Shown here piece by piece: positions 58,507-64,000 of a DNA stretch of 64,000 bases (positions are counted from its first letter, which is position 1; each line of letters starts with the position of its first letter). A program made the translations under genes and the position numbers. The notes beneath the pieces were generated by a model. It was not told where the DNA came from. It worked only from the letters and a program-made list of their open reading frames with translations, and did no database searches. Source of the DNA: Thermodesulfobacteriota bacterium (GTDB taxonomy: Bacteria > Desulfobacterota > BSN033 > UBA1163); NCBI GenBank assembly GCA_035625415.1, contig DASPPQ010000068.1, forward strand, positions 23,590 to 87,589, written 5' to 3'.

Positions 58507-60136
58507 TATGTTCAAGCTCCTTAAAATCATGAGGGCCATGTTGGATAACCGGGATTTTTTCAAAGTTCTCAGTTGGAGGCGGGGAAGGGATCTGCCATTC
58601 AAGCGTCACTCCGTCCCAAGGATTGTCTTCAGCTTTTTCGCCTTTGAAAAGCCCGTGGAATAGATTGGCAAACATGATGATTAGGCCGGCGATAAGAATC
58701 CACGAGCCGAATGTTGCTGTCAGGTGGAGGGTTCGGAATTGGGGAAGATAATCATAATATCTCCGGGGCATCCCTTCCCAGCCTAGCAGGAGCATGGAAA
58801 AATAGAACATATTGAATCCGATCAACATGATGACCCATGCGCGTATGGCCATTTTTCGGCTGTACATGCGGCCAAACATCTTGGGGAACCAGTAATGGAA
58901 AGCGGCAAAAAGACCGAATCCCATTCCGCCAAAGATAATGTAGTGAAAATGGGCCGGGATCCAATACGTATCGTGGAGGTGGACATTGGGTGCCAGGGCC
59001 CCCTGGATCAAGCCTGTAAGCCCCCCTATCGAAAAGAGGAAGATAAAAGAGAGACAAAAGAGGAGAGGAGGCTCGATGACAATAGAGCCTTTGTGGAGTG
59101 TCGCAACCCAATTGAAGACTTTGATTGCGCTGGGAATGGCTACCAAAAAGGTGAGAAGAGAGAAGAGGAGGTCAGCAAAATCGCTCTGTCCGCTCACGAA
59201 CATATGATGGCCCCAAACGAGGGATCCCACCGCAGCGATGGCCATGCCCGAAAGGGCGATCGCCATATATCCAAAAATCTTCTTCCTGGCAAACACGGGA
59301 ACCACATCCGAGACGATCCCCATTGCAGGAAGGATCATGATATAAGTCGCGGGGTGTGAATAGATCCAAAACATATGTTGGTAAAGAATAGGGTCACCTC
59401 CCTTGGCCGGATCAAACACGCCTACTCCAAAAAATCTTTCGAGAAAGATGAGAACCATTGTAATTCCGATCACCGGTGTAGCAAGAATTTGAACCCATGA
59501 CGTTGAGTAGATTCCCCAGACAAAAAGGGGCAGACGCCTCCAGGTCATTCCGGGAGCCCTTAGTCTGTGAGTCGTTGTCACAAGGTTAATACCCGTCAGA
59601 ATAGAGGACATGCCTAAAATAAAGACACCAAAAACTGCAAGCGGGACGTTGACGGTCGTCCGCAGACTATACGGCGCATAGAATGTCCATCCTGTATCAG
59701 GAGGCCCTTGGCCGGTGAAGACAGAAATAAAGACCACGCCTGCCCCGGTAATGTAAAGCCACCAGGAAAGGAGGTTGATTTTCGGAAAAGCGACATCCCT
59801 TGCGCCGATCTGGATTGGAAGGAAGAAATTTCCAAAAATGGTCGGGATGGCCGGGATGACGACCAGAAAGATCATAATGATCCCGTGCAGCGTGAAGAGG
59901 GAATTGTATGTCTGAGGTTTCATGATGGCCCCTCCGGGTGCAATCATCTCCAGACGCATGAAGAATCCCAGGACAACTCCACTAAAAAAGAAGGCGATGA
60001 CAAAAATGAAGTAAAGAAGGCCGATTCTCTTGTGGTCTAGGGTGAGAATCCATGAAAGGATTCCGTGATATCGCCCTTGGTTATTATAAAAACTGGTTCT
60101 TGGGGCAATGCCCCCCGTAGCTCCGTCCGACGTCAT
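58499..60136 (-). CDS. coxA: Cytochrome c oxidase subunit I
   Basis: 545 aa. WFFGHPEVY-type and HHMF haem/CuB ligand regions (GHHMFVSG, WIPAHFHY). Confidence 0.95.
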   Translation of the reverse strand: MTSDGATGGIAPRTSFYNNQGRYHGILSWILTLDHKRIGLLYFIFVIAFFFSGVVLGFFMRLEMIAPGGAIMKPQTYNSLFTLHGIIMIFLVVIPAIPTIFGNFFLPIQIGARDVAFPKINLLSWWLYITGAGVVFISVFTGQGPPDTGWTFYAPYSLRTTVNVPLAVFGVFILGMSSILTGINLVTTTHRLRAPGMTWRRLPLFVWGIYSTSWVQILATPVIGITMVLIFLERFFGVGVFDPAKGGDPILYQHMFWIYSHPATYIMILPAMGIVSDVVPVFARKKIFGYMAIALSGMAIAAVGSLVWGHHMFVSGQSDFADLLFSLLTFLVAIPSAIKVFNWVATLHKGSIVIEPPLLFCLSFIFLFSIGGLTGLIQGALAPNVHLHDTYWIPAHFHYIIFGGMGFGLFAAFHYWFPKMFGRMYSRKMAIRAWVIMLIGFNMFYFSMLLLGWEGMPRRYYDYLPQFRTLHLTATFGSWILIAGLIIMFANLFHGLFKGEKAEDNPWDGVTLEWQIPSPPPTENFEKIPVIQHGPHDFKELEHNG

Positions 60137-60948
60137 ACCTGTTGCTCCTCTTTAAGACGCTGTCTTCTCCCTTTGAAAAGAAGGAATACGACAAATAATA
60201 TCGCAAAAGATAGGGTGATGGTTCCAGTAACTCTCAACATGTTGAAGACGAGTTTGTTGGCTTTTGGATCGTAACGGAAGCAGAAGCGAACCACCCTCAC
60301 AATGGTGGGCCCAATCCTTCCCTGAGAAGCTTCTACGAACGCCAGCTTAAGATCGAAGGGGAGGGGGTCCGCGCCGTACATGTAGCGGACAACCTTTCCA
60401 TTAGGGGCGAGGATAACTAACGATACTGGATGTTCAAAATCTTCCCCCACTCTTTTGAAATGGAAACCTATGGCATCCGTCAGTTTACGAATATTCTCTT
60501 TGTCTCCTGTCAAGAATCTCCAGACATCCGCAGGGAAAGGTTTTTGGATCATTTTTAGATAAGTTTTTTTCTTTTGCAGGGCAAGATCTGGCTTTTCCGT
60601 TTCATCAAAACTGATGGTTAGAACGGTATATTCCTTGCCAGGTTCGGCGGGCAACTTATCCAGAGCATCTGCCAAATTTTGCAACAGTAAACTACAGACA
60701 TTCGGGCAATGTAAGTAGACTGGAGTGACAATGGTGGGGGTATGAATCAGTTGTCTTAGACTAACGGCAATGCCGTTCTCATCATGGAACGTCAGATCAA
60801 GGGGGACGAGTTGTCCCAATTTTTCATCAATCCCGATTCCGGAAAGATCTTTCGGTTGCTCATGCTCCATGTGACCACTGACAGTGTTGCCGAAAACAAA
60901 GAATCCTATCAGCAAAATGATTAGCTTTATGGTGAACGACGTTTTCAT
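60133..60948 (-). CDS. SCO1/SenC copper chaperone
   Basis: CPNVC thioredoxin-like copper-binding motif. N-terminal TM anchor from MKTSFTIKLIILLIGFFVF. ATGA overlap with coxA. Confidence 0.7.
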   Translation of the reverse strand: MKTSFTIKLIILLIGFFVFGNTVSGHMEHEQPKDLSGIGIDEKLGQLVPLDLTFHDENGIAVSLRQLIHTPTIVTPVYLHCPNVCSLLLQNLADALDKLPAEPGKEYTVLTISFDETEKPDLALQKKKTYLKMIQKPFPADVWRFLTGDKENIRKLTDAIGFHFKRVGEDFEHPVSLVILAPNGKVVRYMYGADPLPFDLKLAFVEASQGRIGPTIVRVVRFCFRYDPKANKLVFNMLRVTGTITLSFAILFVVFLLFKGRRQRLKEEQQV

Positions 60949-60995
60949 TATATCCCTCTCCCTAACGCTCCCCATCGAGAGACTATGTCGCAATT

Positions 60996-61051
60996 GTAGG
61001 GGGCTTGATTCATCAAGCCCCCTAATAGGGCTCAATGAATTGAGCCCCTAC
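60996..61051. repeat. BIME-like pair of convergent REP hairpins upstream of sco1
   Basis: gtagg gggcttga ttca tcaagccccc, then taata, then gggctcaa tgaa ttgagccc ctac. The second is reverse-oriented; its reverse complement is gtaggggctcaattcattgagccc. Confidence 0.65.
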
Positions 61052-61761
61052 AACATATTGTGTGCGCGTATTCGGTAAATCATATTAAGAGACGGTCCCC
61101 AACGGAGAGAGATCAGAGCTAAAATATATTGATGCGTATGTAATAGTAATCTACGGGAAAAGGGTTGATATCGTAAATGGGGAATTCACTGTATTTGGGT
61201 GGAAATCTTAAGGTATTTTTTGGGGGATTCTTCTTATCCAGCATCGCGGACCTTGAAATTTCTCCCTCCAATGATTGGCTCTAACTAAAAGGTGTAAAAG
61301 TTAGAGTTAGAGAATGGGGGACGAGAAAACAATTTTGACCTGCGGGAATTATTTTACACTGAAAGAAAGTTAGAGAGAATTTTGAGAAGATTAGAATTGA
61401 TTTGACATCGAGAATAGATTAGATGTTAAATATAAGCAGGAGGCAATGGGTCTTTCGGCATCTGTCCAGGGGTACGGCGATGGGAGTCAATGAATAAAAG
61501 CCCTTGTAGCTCTAACGTGCCCGCGGCGGGGGTGACTGATTTGGGCTACAAGGGCTTTGCTTTATTCGCTGCCTCATATTAAGGGTTTACATTATGTTTT
61601 AATGTATATCCCCGTGATATTATAACAATGTGTTAAGCAACGGACCTAGCCATTTAGGTGTTGAAAGAAGGGGAACTTCAACTGCCATGATATTTCAGTT
61701 TTGCGAAGTCATTGTCGAATAGGCCTCGTGAGTTCGACCATTTGAGGGGGAGGTTACGGCA

Positions 61762-62319
61762 ATGGAGGTAACTCGATTGGTCCCAAAAGAGAGGAGAGGG
61801 CTTGTCGTTGTGATTACAGGCAACGGTAAGGGAAAGACGACATCCGGTCTCGGTATTGCGGTTCGGGCATGCGGTCACAACATGAGGGTCTGTATCATCC
61901 AGTTCATGAAGGGTGATATCTATGCAGGTGAATGGGATGGCGTAAAGAAGATGGGTTGCGAGGTGGAGCTGATTTCCACTGGCAAAGGGTTTTGCGGTAT
62001 TCAGGGAAATCCCTATCCTTACAAAGAACACAGAGCGAATGCTCAGGAGGCGATCAAATTAACGCATCAGAAAATGGAATCAGGCCGGGAAGATATTCTT
62101 ATATTGGATGAAATCAACAACGCTCTGCACCTTCGACTGGTGGATCTGGAACAGGTCTTAGAAATCATCCGACGCAAGCCCCGTTTGATGCATCTTGTTT
62201 TGACCGGACGGGACGCCCATCCTCAAGTGGTCGAGCTAGCGGATACGGTCAGCGAAATTAAGGAAGTGAAGCACGCCTTTAGCAAGGGGATTGAACCGCA
62301 GCCCGGGATCGATTATTAA
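61762..62319 (+). CDS. cobO: Cob(I)yrinic acid a,c-diamide / cob(I)alamin adenosyltransferase (CobO/BtuR family)
   Basis: GNGKGKTTSGLG P-loop and IQFMKG. 185 aa. Confidence 0.8.
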   Translation: MEVTRLVPKERRGLVVVITGNGKGKTTSGLGIAVRACGHNMRVCIIQFMKGDIYAGEWDGVKKMGCEVELISTGKGFCGIQGNPYPYKEHRANAQEAIKLTHQKMESGREDILILDEINNALHLRLVDLEQVLEIIRRKPRLMHLVLTGRDAHPQVVELADTVSEIKEVKHAFSKGIEPQPGIDY

Positions 62320-62366
62320 TAGTCGCGCGGGCAGGTCCCTGAAAGCAATTTCATGGTGTTTCTTTT

Positions 62367-63179
62367 GTGATTCCAAGCCAGGAGGTGGAATTGACTTTAC
62401 TGCAAGCAGTCATACTCGGATTGGCCCAAGGTCTGGGAGAATTCTTGCCCATATCCAGTTCAGCCCATTTAGTCCTGATTCCCTGGCTTTTCATGTGGAA
62501 GGATCCCGGGCTTACTTTCGATGTCGCCCTGCATATCGGCACGCTTGTTGCCGTCGTCATTTACTTCTGGAAGGACTGGTGGCAATTAATCATAAAAGGC
62601 TTTACAGATGCTCGAAGTGTAACAGGGCGATTGTTTTGGTATTTGGTTGCGGCAAGTGTGCCTGGAGCGGCTGCGGGATTTTTTTTCGAAAAAAAGGCCG
62701 AAACTGTCTTCAGATCCCCTGTTCTTATTGCCGCGATGTTGATCGTGATGGGCATTTTTCTTTACTGGGCAGATCGCAGAAGCGCCAAGAATATAGAGAT
62801 GACCCATATCACTTTTAGGACAAGCATCCTGATCGGGATATCGCAGGCGCTGGCGATCATTCCGGGGGTTTCCCGTTCGGGCATTACGATGACGACAGGA
62901 CTGCTGACGGGAACGACCAGAGAAGGGGCAGCCAGGTTTTCGTTCTTGTTGTCAGCTCCCATCATCTTCGGCGCTGCTATGGTGAAACTGCCGGAGGTGA
63001 TTTCGAATTCGTCTCTGATTACTGTAAATTTTGCGACGGGGATGCTGGTCTCTTGTGTTACCGGCATAATGAGTATTGGTTTTCTGCTTCGGTATGTTCA
63101 AACCAAAAATTTCTTACCATTCGCCTGGTATAGGTTTATATTGGGTGGAGTAGTGATAATAATTGCGCTATCGCGGTAA
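62367..63179 (+). CDS. uppP: Undecaprenyl-diphosphatase
   Basis: LLQAVILGLAQGLGEFLPISSSAHL and PGVSRSGITMT are BacA/UppP motifs. Confidence 0.9.
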   Translation: MIPSQEVELTLLQAVILGLAQGLGEFLPISSSAHLVLIPWLFMWKDPGLTFDVALHIGTLVAVVIYFWKDWWQLIIKGFTDARSVTGRLFWYLVAASVPGAAAGFFFEKKAETVFRSPVLIAAMLIVMGIFLYWADRRSAKNIEMTHITFRTSILIGISQALAIIPGVSRSGITMTTGLLTGTTREGAARFSFLLSAPIIFGAAMVKLPEVISNSSLITVNFATGMLVSCVTGIMSIGFLLRYVQTKNFLPFAWYRFILGGVVIIIALSR

Positions 63180-63189
63180 AATAAAGCTG

Positions 63190-64000
63190 CTATCTTCCGA
63201 GAAATTCGCCAATCGGTGCGAGGGGTTCGATATGATCGCAAAGTATCTTAAAGATAGCTAACATAGGAAATGCCAGCATCGCGCCAACGATGCCCCACAT
63301 CCACCCCCAAAAAATTAGCCATACAAAAATCACTACGGGATTAAGGGTGAAACGCAACCCGAGCAGCATAGGAGTGACAATTTGACCCTGAATTGTCTCC
63401 AGGGCAATGTAGATGGCCGGTGCCAGCAGTACCCGGCCGACGCTATCAAACGTGAGGAATGCTACCACCGTTACGACTGAGATGCCGATCAAAGGCCCGA
63501 TATACGGAAGGAAAACGAGAAATCCGGCCATCACCCCCCAGAGCACGGGGTTGGGCAACCCGATGAAGTACATGGCGAGACCGACTGAAATCCCCATAAA
63601 GATATTGATCACAGTTACGGTATAAAGGTAGCGGGAGGTATGGTGTTCGACTTCGCGAGTAATTTTCACGATCTGTTTTTTTTTGTCAAGTCCGGGAAAG
63701 AGTTTAATCAACTTCCGTAAAAATAAGTCCCCCGAAGCGAGAAGGAAGTAGAGAAGGATAAACATTACCGAACTCTTAACGATAACTTCCCTCGTACCGG
63801 ACAAAACAGCATCGGCGATACCGGGAGGGTGTATCTCAACTTCAGGTTTCTTTTCCGTACCCATTCTCGTAATTCTTTTCAACTCTTCAACCGCGTTGTT
63901 TACCCGTTCCAAAGGCGTGCGCAAAAAACCGACCTTTGACTCGATCTGGTGGAGGCTCTCAGGGGCTTTGTCGATCCATTCGGCGGCGGGTGCGGAAAGT
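63190..64000 (-). CDS. AI-2E (UPF0118/PerM) family transporter, C-terminal part; 5' end beyond window
   Basis: C-terminus LIFWGWMWGIVGAMLAFPMLAIF. The reading frame stays open upstream of the annotated Met to the window end (...LSAPAAEWIDKAPESLHQIESKVGF...). Confidence 0.6.
   Translation of the reverse strand, partial: LSAPAAEWIDKAPESLHQIESKVGFLRTPLERVNNAVEELKRITRMGTEKKPEVEIHPPGIADAVLSGTREVIVKSSVMFILLYFLLASGDLFLRKLIKLFPGLDKKKQIVKITREVEHHTSRYLYTVTVINIFMGISVGLAMYFIGLPNPVLWGVMAGFLVFLPYIGPLIGISVVTVVAFLTFDSVGRVLLAPAIYIALETIQGQIVTPMLLGLRFTLNPVVIFVWLIFWGWMWGIVGAMLAFPMLAIFKILCDHIEPLAPIGEFLGR

Noticed and set aside
61440-61700. Cobalamin riboswitch upstream of cobO
   Set aside because: Some GGTG/GGGAA fragments are present, but the B12 box and the CCCGCAAC-type core were not found. 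Kept only as a low-interest finding.
61678-62031. 117-aa minus-strand ORF
   Set aside because: Overlaps the cobO coding sequence on the opposite strand and has no recognisable features. Judged spurious.
1-64000. tRNA and rRNA genes
   Set aside because: No T-arm (GGTTCGAATCC-like) consensus with acceptor-stem complementarity was found in intergenic regions, and there is no rRNA-like conserved block. This search was done by eye only.

Overview
This 64-kb bacterial chromosomal window (about 50% GC) carries aerobic respiratory genes and an osmoadaptation locus, with housekeeping genes and three families of intergenic repeats in between. (1) Two paralogous respiratory modules of the alternative-complex-III / polysulfide-reductase type sit on the minus strand. 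Each encodes a pentahaem cytochrome c, a TAT-exported molybdopterin-family subunit, a 4Fe-4S subunit and an NrfD-like membrane subunit. Module 1 (1-7067) also carries a TAT iron-sulfur protein, a tetrahaem cytochrome and a second NrfD-like protein. Module 2 (49959-55615) is contiguous with ctaB, a caa3-type cytochrome oxidase (coxB/D/C/A) and sco1. (2) An osmoadaptation locus at 17.1-33.7 kb contains a candidate c-di-AMP riboswitch leader, kdpFABC, an outer-membrane barrel gene and a kinase-less kdpD. It is followed by mpgS-mpgP (mannosylglycerate synthesis), two GT-A glycosyltransferases and an MscS-like membrane protein. This 5.7-kb block is bracketed by a direct duplication of the 3' end of kdpD. 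An NhaD/ArsB-type transporter follows. (3) Housekeeping genes include truA, an EF-G paralog, dtd, rsmI, ileS-lspA, a truncated lgt, def-fmt, htpX, rsmB, rpe, cobO and uppP. (4) Three repeat families are present. REP-like GTAGGG hairpins flank a frameshifted RAYT/IS200-like transposase pseudogene and also form a BIME-like pair upstream of sco1. At least six long imperfect palindromes have (CCAAAT)n/(ATTTGG)n arms. Two copies of a roughly 70-nt nested-stem element show compensatory changes in one hairpin. No rRNA, tRNA or CRISPR array was recognised. All calls rest on reading the ORF translations and the raw sequence by eye; no searches were run.
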